Source: Takakia lepidozioides (taxonomy: Eukaryota > Plantae > Bryophyta). From it: DNA of 64,000 nt. The position numbers were made by a program, and so were the translations under genes. The stretch covers positions 24,862,001-24,926,000 of the forward strand of contig CM060733.1 of NCBI GenBank assembly GCA_030704615.1, in the 5' to 3' direction. The notes under the pieces were generated by a model. That model worked only from the letters and a program-made list of their open reading frames with translations. It made no database searches and was not told the origin of the DNA. Shown here in pieces: positions 48,144 to 62,121 of the stretch. Positions within the stretch are counted from its first letter, which is position 1; each line of letters begins with the position of its first letter.

Positions 48144-50165
48144 CATGTTTGGAATCTAATAAACTGTAGGCTGGTCCATCAAGATGCTTGTGTATACATG
48201 TCTTGAATCTGTAGTATGGCAGGCTGTTCTTACCTACCCAAGGGCCTTGCATGATGCTCTCCGGTAGCGCTCGAGAGGAGCCCCTGCTACCGGATCTAGC
48301 AGGGAGCCATAACGCGGCTCGGTAGGTCCTGGCTCCCTGCTATATCCCGTGGTGGTAGGTATGTACAAGGGTAAATTGACTGGCTCGCTGCCCTAAAAAC
48401 CAGTTATGTGCGGTGGCGCTCCATAGGAGCCCGTGCTACCGGATATAGGAGGGAGCCATAACGCGGCTCGGTAGGTTTGGGCTCCCCGCTATATCCGGGA
48501 GCATGGGCTCCTCTCGAATGCTACCTAGTCCATAACATACCAAACTCGTCAAGGTAGCAGGATTTGACCCCAGAATCACAGGGCCCAACCCCCACAGGGG
48601 CAGTAGCCGCAAGGCTAAGTGGCTCTCAGTTAGGCCAGCTTCGGCCGGAGTCTTTTCTCTCTCTCTCACACCCCAGAATCGTCTGGGGCACTTACTGCAC
48701 TATGCAACTCACTCTCCAGCTTTGCAATGAACTTTGAATGGACGAAATATGTTGAGATATTCATACTGAATGGATGAAAACGTCCTTAAGGGATGCATAG
48801 GCCAACTTTACAACACGAAGACGGCGACACCTTGGCTCTCTTCTTCGCAGTCTCGTGGGATTGCAAGCCCGGCATGGCCTCCTTGCAAGGCCACAACGGA
48901 GAAGCTGCAGCTGTGCCCATAATCTCGCTGCACAGCAGTCCTGTGGATCGATCGGTCAAAGTCTGTATGCTATATTTGTAAACGGAGTGGGGCCCGGAGG
49001 CATGGCGGACGGGGAGCGTGAGCTTGGGACGAGGAGCCTTGCAGGGCAGGTGCCCCCTTGCATGGCTGCCAGCTTTTGGGATAGCCGTTGGCCCACTCGC
49101 AGCCCATCACTCTGACGCAACTCCATGTCGGGAGTACTTCCTTGATTGTGCACTATCACGGTGGTTTGGCTTCTCGTGGATCTACATGACCGCTGGATGC
49201 TGGACATGTATGCACTATCGACTATTCACATAAGAAAGACAAGATCCGGTCAGCCTACCTGACAGTTCCTGATCACAGTTTCTGAATACATGAAGTGTGA
49301 TGTGGAGCTTTCAATTGTACGTATGTAGATAACTCTCATCAGCAAATAACCACATTGACCCAATCCCATGATCCGCTAACAGGACAAGCGCACATTCCCG
49401 ACTGAGGAAAGGGGATGGTATACTAGGATGGAATCCCAGAAGAGGCACATCCATTTGTCCAGTCCAGACCCTTTTGCGATGGAGGTGCAATAAGCGCTCC
49501 TTATAAAGGCCAGAACTACCCCAAGCCTTTATCAATGGTTACCATATAATTCCATATGTCACCAGGCTACAGTTCCTGGAATACAGCTTTAGGCAGAGAC
49601 AGAGAATCTGGGTGGAGCGAGGCCCTGCTGACGCGGATCGGATAAGCTCCCCTGTTTTCTATTGTCGGCAGTCTTGGCATCGTTTCGTAGCTGTCCAGCA
49701 GTTCGTCGTTTCAGACTTTCAGTCAGTACAACCCTCTTTATATAATCCCATGTATTTCATTAATTTGCACCTGGTGTAGTGAGCAGTCTCTCTTCAGCTC
49801 GCATCATCATCAACAGCGCATATATTAGTATTCTGTCTGGACGCCGCCTCGTCGGCATAGTAAGGGCCACGTTCCTCCGTGGTTATTGGCCGCTGAGTCC
49901 ACTGTCCCACCGTCTCGATTTCATTCAACTTCAATTTTATCCCGAACTGTTCTTGGGAGTGGCCAATCCAATCATGTGCCAGCAGTTAATCCAGATTCCC
50001 AGGACCAAAACGATGCGACAAGACTACGTACAGTGGGTCCTCTTAAGTAGCATTCTATCCATGTTTCTCTTGAGATACACAAAGCATTCTCTCCCAGATA
50101 CTTGTGTCTGTGTCCAGTCTGCATGGTTATTGCCTTGACCTTTGGGCTGCAACTTTCATAGCAAA

Positions 50166-52072
50166 ATGGGCTCGCTGATGGCCGGTTGGGACACCCATCC
50201 TGTGGATACTCAGAAGGGTAAGAACTACGTGCTGAAACTGCGCTTTCTTTTGGCAGGAACGTTTTGAATAATCTAGATACCTGCTAGATACATTACCAAT
50301 TGATCTGGAAAGTATTTGAGAGAGAACGATTCATTTCACAGTCTCTTTCCTAGATAAGCCTATTATGCCCCTTTAGTGCCTCCCGTCCTCATACTCGGTT
50401 ACAACTGCAAGCATGCAACGGCCCAGGTAACGATCAGCTGAGTCCACTTCGTATTGATTGATATCTACTCATTCACAACCCTATTAAGGTACAGATTTGA
50501 CGATGATACTTGTATACATGTATGTGCATTTTCACTCTCTCACGTAAGCTTCTAGCGAGAGGGAGGGATAGATTTGTCCTAGATTTGTTAAGTTCCCGGG
50601 AGGCCGAGAGAGAGAGAGAGAGTGAGTGAGTGTGTGTGTGTGTGTTTGTGTGGCATGAGTGCCTGTCCGTATTCCCCAACTGTATTATAGTCGCCTCCTT
50701 GTGCATATGCAGCGCTAATGCGGAGTAAAACATCGTTGACCAAGGAGGAGATAGAGGCATTCTGGCGATCCAAACAACGGGCGATGGAGGAACATTTAAG
50801 GGAGGCGGCTGCTCAGAAAGTTGTCGGCCAGGCTGATGAGGTGCAGACCCCTTTTCCCTCTTTTATAATTTCGATGTCTTTTGCTTCAAGCTTGGGTTGA
50901 TTTCCTGTCAAGATGAGATCATGCACCTCCACAAGCTGTCCAGAGTCATAGAGAGGGAAACACATCAAGTGAAAGTTCAAAGAGCTTAGCACTAGATGAG
51001 GAGATTGAAGAAGTGAAACCCGAGATAGAGATGATGACTTCCAGCACTTGAAGTTTGCAATTAAGATCTGGAACGACTTGAAAGTTAACAGCTGCTTAGC
51101 AGAAAACAATTTCACTCTTCTCTACTACATTCTCCAGTCTCCCTGGAGACGGTGAAGAGACAGACGAAAAAAAATTGTTCATTGAAATGAAATGTAGGAG
51201 CTCCAAAGTTTCTCGGTCCATGTCAAGGACAAAACTGAGACCATGTCCAACAAGGATTTTCCTATTCCTTTTTCACACACTGGCTTCATGATTGAATCTG
51301 TTTCATGTAACTTACAACTTCAAGAAATCTGTACAAAACTTCAAAACAATTTATCACAGCCTTGAAGACTTTCAGCTTGTTTTGCTACATACACTTCAGA
51401 AGTATCGTCTTCCTTCTCTTTCTTTAAGTTCTCCAGAGCTGTGTACGCTTCCAGCAATCTCGAGAAATATATGAATTGCTGCATGCGAATGATCCAAACA
51501 TCGTAGTTTGACGATCTTATCATCTAAGTACTTGTTAAAGGTGAAGACTCTCATGAATGTTCCTCTGTGTCCAATTTAATGTTGCATGCGAACGTCGAGA
51601 TCCAATTCACATGCGATGTACTGATGTGAGATCCAATTTTTTGGCCGCAGACTGGACCTAGAACGGAGTTGCCAACCAGTCCGACAGAGAAGGCTGTCCA
51701 ACTGCTCGAGGAATGGAAGCAGCCCACTGCCAGTAGCCGGGACTGGTATGAGCTTTCTGACATCCTCCATGATTTCTGATTTCCCCATGACACGAAGGAG
51801 ACTTATATAACTTGAGAGCCTTGCAATTGCAATTGCCTTTGCTGGCAGAAAGAGACAGGTGATCAACATAGTGGCCAGTAGCCTTGAGAGCCCTGAACAC
51901 AGGCGTCTGCAGTAGCTAAGGTGGTAAGCCTGTTTCATATTTTCTTGACAGGTGGACAAGGAGCAACTCGGCCTTCCTCAACGATCCTCCGGAAACCGAT
52001 TGGAAGAATCCTTCCAACAGCAAGTATGCGCCCCAGTTTCATGTGGCTGACCAGGTGCCCCAAAGCTTATAG
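50166..52072 (+). CDS. Conserved plant protein of the AT1G19530/RGAT1-like family, 131 aa; exons 50166-50217, 50713-50840, 51651-51745, 51952-52072
   Basis: MGSLMAGWD...SLTKEEIEAFWRSK...DWWTRSNSAFLNDPP...YAPQFHVA; GT-AG introns with consistent phase. Confidence 0.88.
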
Positions 52073-55000
52073 AGGAAGAGGGGCGACTTCAGTGCTGGCC
52101 AACATGTACATGTATCAATTGCTTGTGTCCAGTCTGTTTAAACATATTAACTTATATCTTTCGTAGATCATGGTGATATACTTAAGTCTCGTCAGAGAGG
52201 TGGACAGAGGGCATGGAAGAATCTAGACACCGGATTTCAAATGGGTCAACTGGTTTCCATGGCCAAGTCAGAAGTGGGTTTGGGTTAGATCCAGGATGTG
52301 AGGCAAGTCATTCTATAGCTCAAGTTGTCGAGATCGGTAACTTCGAAACCAAAAACCAAGGCATGAATTCTCAAAGAGGTGACCCAAGGGTCGCATACTA
52401 GACACAAGACCTCGAACCGTTGAGACGACAGAGGCTTTTCCAATCCATCTCGGAGCCAGTATAGCCGCAGTCTAGATCCGAGAAACAGGCACGTACATGT
52501 ACTGCAAATATTCCAAGTCCAGTACTTGCGTTGTACATACTAACAACTACTGTTCACTGTTGTGGAGCGTAAGAGAAACAAAGGCCCAAGTTTTGATTGC
52601 AAAGTGTGGAAGGTGACTCTATGCCTAGAAACTGGGGTGTGCCTCAACTTGCGCAATGAAATAGAAAATGTATTGGCGCCCAGTCTGAGTCAGATAATGA
52701 GGTCCCACTGTATTTCATATGATATTGCCAATTGATATACCATTTGATGCCTTGGACGAGTTTGGGTCACGTCATTCAGCCTGTCACACTGACCATTGAG
52801 CTCGTATCACTGTGTATCGATTGTTCCTCGTCAGGAATGGCTATCTATTGTCTCAAAAAACAGGTTGAAAGAATAGACATTGCAGCCTTTGTAACCAAGA
52901 AACCAAATATGTAACAAAGAGCTCTACTGGAGGCAACTGCTCTGTTAAGCATTACACGTATCATCTTCTAAGAAAATGCAGTGAGGAGGACAACCGCATC
53001 AAGGCCGATCAGTTGGTACTGTAGTGTGTCAGGGATCCTTCGGTTGCTGGTTTGAATCCGGACGGCAGGTCCTGGCAGCATTTCTTCTGGGCTTCCATAA
53101 TTTTGGTGTATATAAGTTTTGCAGCTCCACTTTCCATCAGTGTGAAAGAAAGAAACAAAGAAACATACTTTGGAACGTCCACGGGAAGCTCAATGAAAGC
53201 AGGATACGAGAGGAGTGTGCCATGGAACAGTCAGGACCAGGACGGCTTTCGGGTCTCGAGTAGCGCTTTACAGTACATTATGTGAAGAGAGCGGGGATGG
53301 GGGGTAAGGGGAGTGTCATGCCATCAACGACCTCAAGAAAACGTGACTCATACTCACACATTGTACAGTTACATGTGACAATTAGAAGCATAAATTAGCA
53401 ATCTGTCTCCAAGCAACCTTCAAATGGGGTTGTCTAATATGTTCTCCGGTAGACTACCCATGGCCATGAACACAATATATTTCCTTACTCCTCTCTCTTT
53501 GTCGATGTTACAGAGTATTCTTTCTTGGGCCAAGTTTGCTTGCTCATCTGAAGGACCACCCCAGCTCTTTAAATGCTTAAAGAAGTTCTGAAACGAAATA
53601 AGAGTGGGATTCGCTGAAACGAAGAGCATGCAACACTATGTAGAGCTCTGATACATGAGAGTTTGGGGAGAAGGGATGTACCACGTGGAATGCTCGATGT
53701 CAGGCCTTCTCTGACGGACCTGATCACGAATGCCAGTGTATAGTCTACATATGTTTTTCCTTTTTATCATATGTCCTTGTGTGCTGTGAATCCAAACTCC
53801 TCTACCCTTGAGCACTGGGAATTCTATCTCCTCCTTATTTACCCTTATTAGCAGTATTGTGGGAGACTCTCTTACCTTGCGACTGTGCATTGAGTTTGTG
53901 CTTCATGTGGTGCTGCCTCTTCAGCTCTGCAAGTTTCAGGTGCGCTCTAAAAATTGCCTACCCAGTACTAGATGGAAATATGCATGGCTTGCTTCAGTGG
54001 AGAGAGATACAGGAACACGTAAGTTTCAAACCAGAGAGACTTCTATACCCACAAAGCCAGACTGAAATCAGAATTCTCTCTGCTAAATAAAGAAGATGCT
54101 CTGGTGACTGCTCATTGATTTTCATGTCATGATAGGACTGCTTTAACTAGAAAGGAAGTCTCAGGAATGGAAGAAGACTTCATCAACATTAGCGTTCTGG
54201 ACACCTCTTTATCGATCAGGCTCCATTTGCTTTTCCCTCTCCCCTAGTCATTACGGCCACTCTTCCATCATCATCCTGGAATGGGTAAGTACTACTCCTT
54301 CTAAGCCCGCAAGTGCTCTCTGATACTACATCTCTCTTACACTCTACGGCCCTAAGAGTCTGGCACCTAGCTAAGAAACGAAATCGGAGAAAGGCTTCGA
54401 TAAAAATAGTTTAAGATTAGTATCTAGTTGTAATCTCATGGCAGATACGGAGAGGCATACGATGTGCGGAGTGTTGTGTGTGTGGGTGCGATAGCGAGGC
54501 ATAAGGGAGGAATGGCGGTGCTTGCGGTCTCAGCTGCTTGTGGGCGTTGCTGGATACCCGGTACCCTCTCTTCCTATGTTCGTCTCACACATTTCTTTGC
54601 ATGTCCCGCAGATTCTATCGGCTGAAGGGAATCATGGTCCATGACATTCTCTACAGTGTATGTTCAGCGAGCGGACATTGTTTGAGTGCATTTTGCTGGG
54701 TCTACTGAGATCCTGCCCATTTGTCTTTGATGTTTTGCTCACTAGTCTCACCAATGTATGACCTTTATCAACCTTGTCCTCCTGGAAATGAAATAGAATT
54801 GGTTTGTGACCATTGATATGTTTTTCTCTGGAACTCGTGGCCACTGAATGTCTGCAGAAGCCGTAGCACACTCGACCCTGAGTGTTGAGGAAGGCGGAAA
54901 GTTTCGATTACCTGCATTCTCAACAACGCCGCAGCATGGGAATGCTTGTTTGGCATCCAGTTCTTCATGTCAAATGTATGGTAGTGCTGAGTTTGGTACG

Positions 55001-55936
55001 TTCTCTCACCCGGGGCTCTCCTCTGCTCAGCTGCACCAGCTCACAAGTGTGTTTCCAAAAGAGTTATGAGTCTTGCAGTCTGAAAATCTCGTTGAATGGG
55101 AGAGATGAATTATGTGGGATCGAGGGGCATCTGTGTCTTTGCAATGCATCGCACTTACGAGGGAGAACTCTGTCTGCACCTCTTTCCCTCTGTCTCCAAC
55201 TATGGCACTTCTTGGATCCGAATTATGGGGTATATTGTCAAAATTGCTGGGTGCACTGGTGAATGTCCAATGAAACATTTGGATAAACTGAAAATCCACA
55301 ATTGTAAGCCACTGCAACAGCTGTGCCCACCCTCCCACCTCCAGACCTTCCAGTTTTCCCCTTTGTCTCTACAAAATTGTGGGTTTGATGGGTCAAAAAC
55401 TGTGGTTAACACAGTCTAGAGAGCACCTCAGGGCCTATATCTCTCACTCTCTATATGAAACTTCTGGAATATTACAATCCTCTTCTATCTCTATATCAAT
55501 TCTTGTCCTGTGTCTACTGCACTATGCATAGTACTGGAAACTGTTCCATGATTTGTCTTGTGATTTGTGTGTTTCAATCTCATCCTTTTGTCTGGGTGAG
55601 GGAGACAGAGAGATTTGGTCCTGATTTCTTGTCTTGTGACTGTATTGGCTACTTCCAGTTTTGGAGAGAGGGGAAGAAATGAGAGAGAGAGAAAAGAACC
55701 AATTGTTGTGGCTTGGCCTCTAAGGACCTTGTGGGATATGGTTCATTCCTAAGCTAAAGAGGTCTCTCAGCTTTGGGTGTCTTATGATACTCAAATCCAT
55801 GGTACAAACATGCTGTTTGGGAGCAGCTTCAGGTAGGTGGACTTCGGCCAGGGTGTCCATACCACAGGTCACAAAGACAAGCTGGTGATGAATCAAATCA
55901 TGTAAGAAATTGAAGTCACGAAAAACAGAGGCTGGC

Positions 55937-58900
55937 TAATGAAATGAAATGAAATGATGCTTTATATTATGCTTTATGGAGAGAGATTGTACTCATAAGA
56001 CGTTGTTTGCCGTAGCCTTGTGGCCATTGACCCCGCACCCAGTTTGAGCGGGAACAAAAGGGACAGAACCTACCTCTGTCAGGGGCTGACGTTGGTAGTG
56101 TGACTTACCATCATATATAGAATTAATCCGGGTTTTCCAGATATCCTCTAGAAATCCCTTCACACAAGCATCAATCTGCTGTATGTGATTTGCCCAAAAA
56201 CTAGGCCTCAGGAGGGCCTGGGGTTTTAGCTCAGCCTCGAGACTTTCAAAGTTGTTAAACAAGGGTACAGGTACAATTCCCTTGATAGAATTGAAGAGAG
56301 CGTCTCTTTGGTGAGAGAACCCCGGACAGTGTATCAGAAAGTGAATACTGTCTTCAGATTGCCCACACAGCGGGCAATTGCACTCTCCCTTTCCTCTCTG
56401 CTTCTGTTTGCTGTTCAAAGGTAGGCTTCCTGCCCTGAGTTTAAATTTCAGTCTAGTGCCGAGAGTGGGTAGACCCTTGAGGTCATCCAAGATGTCCTCC
56501 CCCATGTCACTGACTGGAAACAAGTTCAGGGAAGTTTTCTGCCTAACTTGATTTTCATCAGACAATCTCATGGCAACAGACATGGCTTTGGACACTACAG
56601 CCTCTAAGTCAGATTTATCCAACAGGGTCAAGACTTGCGGATCCAGGTCCAGGTCCTTGAGAATCTCTTCTGCCAGGACTTAGCCTGTTTGACAGGGCGG
56701 TCCTGTTTCCAAGATATAGAGTCGATTAGCTTAGGATATCTGGTGTTGGGCATATGTTGCAGCTGACCCCACCATCTGACCTTGAATTCATCTCGTCGGG
56801 AGCTTAAGGACGAAATGCCAAACTCACAGTCCTAGAGCTTTGCCCTTGCCAGTTTGAACAACTTTCCGGATATGTGCATCCCAATTACAATTGGAGGAGA
56901 ACTCAACGCCCAGGTAAGTGTAGGAAGGGAGGACCGGGATCTCTTGGCTACCCCACTGCCACTTAAGATCACTTCCTCCCTCTCCTCTGTCGTTGAATGC
57001 TACCACTGCACATTTGCTGACATTAGCCTCTAGCCCCCAAAGATCAAAGTATCTCTTCGCGCAATCAATCAACTCCTGGAGATTGGTTGGAGTCTCCCCT
57101 ATGCCTGTGAAGTCATCCGCAAACATAAGGGCTGGTATGGTGGTATCACCCACCCTTAACTCACTTTCCACATCCTCGAGGAGTTGATTGATGAAAACAT
57201 TGAAGAGCAGAGGGGAGAGAGTACATCGTTGAGCTACACCTTGGTCTATGTCAAAGAAGTTGGACTTCTGTCCGTTAACAGTGACACAGCTTTTGGTGTG
57301 AGTATACAAGTTGTGGACAACTCTCCACATCTTTCCCTTGATCCCACAAGACCAGAGGCGGAACCATAGGCCATCTCTCCACACTGTGTCATAAGCCTTT
57401 TGACATCCAGGAAAAAGACATAAGTAGGTTTCCCTTCTTTTTCCTTCCCTGGATAATCTGGCTTAGAGTGAAGATATGATCCACACAGCCCCTGTTTCGC
57501 CGAAAGCCAGCTTGGCCTTCGTGGAAACAACCTCTAGACTCCAGATCAACCTCGAGACGAGTACTTATAACTCTGCAGAATGTCTTGCCAACAGCATTGA
57601 GGAGCGTGATGCCACGGTAGTTCCGCGGTTCTTCTCTGTCACCCTTCTTGTATAGATTGACAATGACCCCCTGTCGCCAGCGAAAGGGGATCATTTCAGT
57701 CTTCCAGATAAGGTTAAAGAGGAGAACTAGGGCCACTATCATGGGATCGCCACCGTGCTTGATAAGCTCGTTGACAATACCATCAGGTCCACCAGCTTTA
57801 TATCCATTTAGATGTTCAATTGCTTCCACAATCTCAGAAGAACTAATGGGAGCATTATAAGCCATTGAAATATACTCCAGTTCATCAGGGCTGTTTTGAA
57901 TCATAGGAACAGTTTTTCCAACTGTGTCCCTCCATTCAGCAGAAGACCCCTCACTGTTAGACCTAGAAGTTCTGCCAAGGATACTGTAGTGAGTTTCAAA
58001 GGTTTTGACAATGTCAACCGATGAAGTCACCACTGCACCTTTAGTAGTCTTCAGCGCTTGTACTTGCTGACCGTTTTTCGGCTTGTACAAACGTTGAAGG
58101 GCCAACCAGAATTTCTTGTCATTACCACCATGGTGGTTTGAGTTTATTCACTGTATAACTTGTCCCAGTATAATTTCTTCTGAGACCTAACAAGCTGATT
58201 GATATCTTTACGGAGCTGGTAGTACCTCGCCCACAATTCTCTGTTGGTTTCCAAATTGCAGCACTCTTTATAGAGGGCTCGTCTCTCAGCTATCTTGAGT
58301 TTAATCTCATTGGTCCACCAATTAACTGCTCTACCGCAGACAATTAGTTTCCTCCCAATGATCTTGTCAGCCACGGAGGAAACGAAACTCTCCCAAGAGT
58401 CCACTGCTCTTTCGACTTCATTTCTTGCGTTAACAGAGCGTGACTGAAGTTCTTGGAGCGATTGGACAAAATGAGGGAGAGCCTCTTGCAAGGCCTGGAC
58501 GTACTCAGCCTTGACCTCCTCATTGTGGAATTTTTCTATGCACCACTTCCGAATCGAACGTTTCACAGATCTCTTGGTGGTGGGAAAACACCTTTTGATC
58601 TCAGTCCAAACCAGGAAGTGGTCAGAGGTACCAATACCAGTTCTGTCGATCAACACATTGCCACACTGGGGGAACAAAATTTTGTCCATTATGATATAGT
58701 CCACAATGGAACGTTCCCCAGTTTGGGGTTTCTCACGAGTCCACTGCACTTGGTCACCTCTTGTCCTGTTATTCAAGGTCAAAAGCTGAAGCTCTTCTAG
58801 ACAGTTAATTAACCGTCTGCCATTAGAATTCAGCTCGTCCTCACCAAAAGGTCCAATGATATCGTCCTGATGGATCCCTTTGCCCACCCGGGCATTGAAG

Positions 58901-60312
58901 TCCCCCAATAGTACCACCTGACCTTTGGCAAGGAACGAAGCACAGTCCAGCTTTACATCTTCGAAGGCCATGTCTGCGTCAGCACTAAGGGTCCCCTCTG
59001 TGGGCATGTAAACACAACCAACAAAGAGGTCCTTTGTACTCATGCCGCCCTTCAAATTCAGTTTTAGCCAGATACTATGCTCGCACCTCAAACCCTTGTT
59101 GATAATTTCACAATTGTCAAACAAGAAATCACGGACAAAGAATCCGACCCCTTTTTGACCGCGTTTGGCAGAGGCTGCCTTGAGAGTACACATCTTACCT
59201 GCCCATTTATAACCAATGACATCTCCAACCAGTTTATCTGACGTTTCCCATGTTTCTTGCCCAGCACAGATATGAATATCATTAGTCCGAAGAACTTGTC
59301 CCACTTCAAGTTGTTTCCTTTGGTTAGTCAACCCTGAGAAGTTGAAAGTGGCCAGCCGCAAGCCAGCCCTTTGCGTGTGAATTGTTTGTCGTCTAGGTAG
59401 CTTGCGATTGCTCCTGGACGGCCAACCGTTCTGCAAAGGGGGGACAGTTACCCCATGTGTAGATTTTGCTCGTCTTGTTTAAACTTTGAGAATTGGTAAA
59501 CCATTCAGGGTACCAAATCTTTCAGTTACACGACGCACAGGCTCCGCACACATAGGGGCAGATTGTCCGTCAGACTGCTTGGGGACAATTACCCCGTGTA
59601 TAGATTTTGCTCGTCTTGTGTAGACTTTGAGGATTGGTAAACCATTTAGAGTACCAAATCCTTCAGTTACACGACGTTCAGGCTCTGCACACTTAGGGAC
59701 AGATTGTCCATCTGACGGCTTGGGGACAATTACCCCGTGTATAGAATTTGTTCGTCTTGTGTAAACCTTGAGGATTGGTAAACCATTCAGAGTACCAGAT
59801 CCTTCAGATTCAGGACGTTCAGGTTCCGTACACTTAGGGGCATCTTGTCCTTCTGGCTGTTTGGATTCAACCTCATCCAGAGCATCAAACCGATTAGAAA
59901 CTCTCAAGTTGAAGTTGTTGCCCTTGGTTGTCTTCCTAGAGCGCCCCATTGAATCACCAATGTCTAAGACCGCTCTCCAGCCAGTCAAGGGACGAACTTC
60001 TTTGAGATTGAATTGATGCGGGACTCTATTAGAAGCACTTTTGGTCATTGCAACCTTCAACGTACCCCTGTTATCAAGTCTCGAGATGGTACCATTAGCC
60101 ATGAAATCCAAGCCTAAGCTAGAGCATGTAGTTTTAAAGGACACATCGTCCATCCTGGGAATCACCCCAAAAACTACACATGAAGCCCTAGATTTGGCAT
60201 AAGTAACCAATTCCCAGGGATCACCCTGAGGAGTGTTGATGTTGATAGGAGCTAAATTTTTGATTGTTTTCACAGGCCATAAGTTTAAGCACAGGAACCA
60301 ACCCGAGCCCAA
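55937..60312 (-). mobile_element. LINE (RTEX/jockey-group-like): N-terminal region, APE, RT, CCHC; (CATTT)n 3' tail; frameshifted; 5' end not defined
   Basis: ATFNFSG, GQETW, LGDFNAR, SDH; YRGITLL, QAGFR, LSPLLFN, MFADD; CPLC...HFLIHC; + strand (AATGA)n at 55938-55957. Confidence 0.88.
59450..59845 (-). repeat. 141-bp (47-aa) coding tandem repeat, ~3 copies, in the LINE N-terminal region
   Basis: GTLNGLPILKVYTRR...PERRVTE.F units at 59491, 59632, 59773. Confidence 0.9.
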
Positions 60313-62121
60313 GTGCCGAGTATGCTAGACAGAGCATACGACTACCCAATTTGGGCAGAGGGGCTGCCCCCAAGCGGTAGGAGTCCGCTTGTTACCATTC
60401 AGAGATCACACTCCAGGGAGTTGCAGGGAATGGCCCGTGTAGGCATATTCTAAAGAGGGAAAGGCCCCAAGCTTTCCAACTAAATTCAATGCACTACCTT
60501 ACCTGAAGCAAAGCGCTTCAGGTCGAAACAAACAAGGACACGAGGTCACAAGGCCGGCATTTAGTCACAGAGACATTAATGTACTCCCGTTTCAAGTCCA
60601 CCCAATGTCAATAGGCTTCCTAGAGGACAGGGAGAAGGTGAGAGATAGAGAGAGGGAGAGGGAGAGGGAGAGAGAGCTTTACCAATTTGCTGTTGTTGGC
60701 AGCATCCCATTACTACTGGGATTTATGACCAAAGCAAGTTCCTGACCAGTAACCCCAGCTGATAGATTCATGCCACCATTTGGACCATATGCCAATCCTG
60801 TTCCACTTGTGCTGGAAGTACCTGTTCAAAAGATTGTTATCCTGTGGCCTGCGCTGAACAAACATAGCTGCTACAGACATCTCAATGCTTGAAGTAAGAA
60901 AAGTCCTCCGACTCATGGTCAAACCTATCCTTGATGCCAGATACTGTATTACTTTTGTCACCTAACTACAAGACAAAATCAGGAAGCAGCCAAGCCTCTG
61001 TAAGGAAGTTAGGCAAGCTCACTCTGTGGAACAATAGCCAAGCCAAGGCATTGCTTTCCTCCAATGCTGAAGCATCTGGTATAACATCATCCAAGCCCTG
61101 AAACCCTCACAAGAAAGATCATAGTAGTCATGGATTTTGTGAAAGCAACAACCGGAGACTACCTAGAGACAATTGATTACTCATTACAAAAGCAAATGTG
61201 AACAACCTGCCAAAGCAAGCGTAACTTGTGGTGTCACTTGACCCCGAAGGACTACTGCCTTCCGGTGGGAAGGTGGACCAGTTCCTTAATCCTCCCACAT
61301 TGCCTGCAGCTCTTAGAAGGTGTTTACCTTCAAAGGAAAGGCAGTAGCAGTTCAGGGTGAAGTGACACTTACGTGTGCCTAGAATTTCCACCAGAAATGA
61401 GACTGCCGTCTACCACCACAAAGAGCAAAGACAAGCCACATTGCAAGGGAAAAGAGAGAGAGAGAGAGAGCCGGGGGGGGGAGGGGGGTTTAAAGAAATA
61501 CACTGCTGAAAGCTTCCAGAACCAAACCTACAGGTTTGGCAGTGATAAGTTCAGAATTCAACTTAGCTGTTTTTGAGAAATATGTTAGAAACCAGTAACA
61601 GCCACCGGTAACTGGCTGGAGACCGGTGAAGCTGGTCGCTGTTTCTTCTTCTTCCCTGCTCTCTTGTTCACAAAAGCCTGGGCTTCGTCGTCCTGCCCCT
61701 GGGATCTGGGCGTGGAAGAAGCGATTCATCCTCTTGGGATGCACACAGGGAGGAGATAGCACCATGAGTGTGCTCATGCTGTCACGGCCGCCCTCTTTAG
61801 GACCCAATCCATCGCCATCTTTGTCCCTCCCATCCTCAGCACCCTCTGCCTCAGTAGGTGTACTGGCACCCATCCCTCTTTCCCCACCCTCAACAGCGTC
61901 CTCTCCACCCCATCTTTCTTTCCCATTACCTGCTTTCCCTCTCTCTAAGCCCAGGCGCTCTTCCCCGTCGAACCCTCCGCCCTTGACATCCAACACTCCA
62001 TCAATCTCGCTCCCACCCTCTTCATTTCTCATGCTTTCCTTGAGCACGGAGGGGTTTCACACACCGATCTCAGAGGGAGATCCTACATGGTGGATGCTGC
62101 AGAACCTTTTTCCATTTCAAA

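Noticed and set aside
52700-55900. Short ORFs with faint PPR- or LRR-like phrases
   Set aside because: No consistent frame or exon structure
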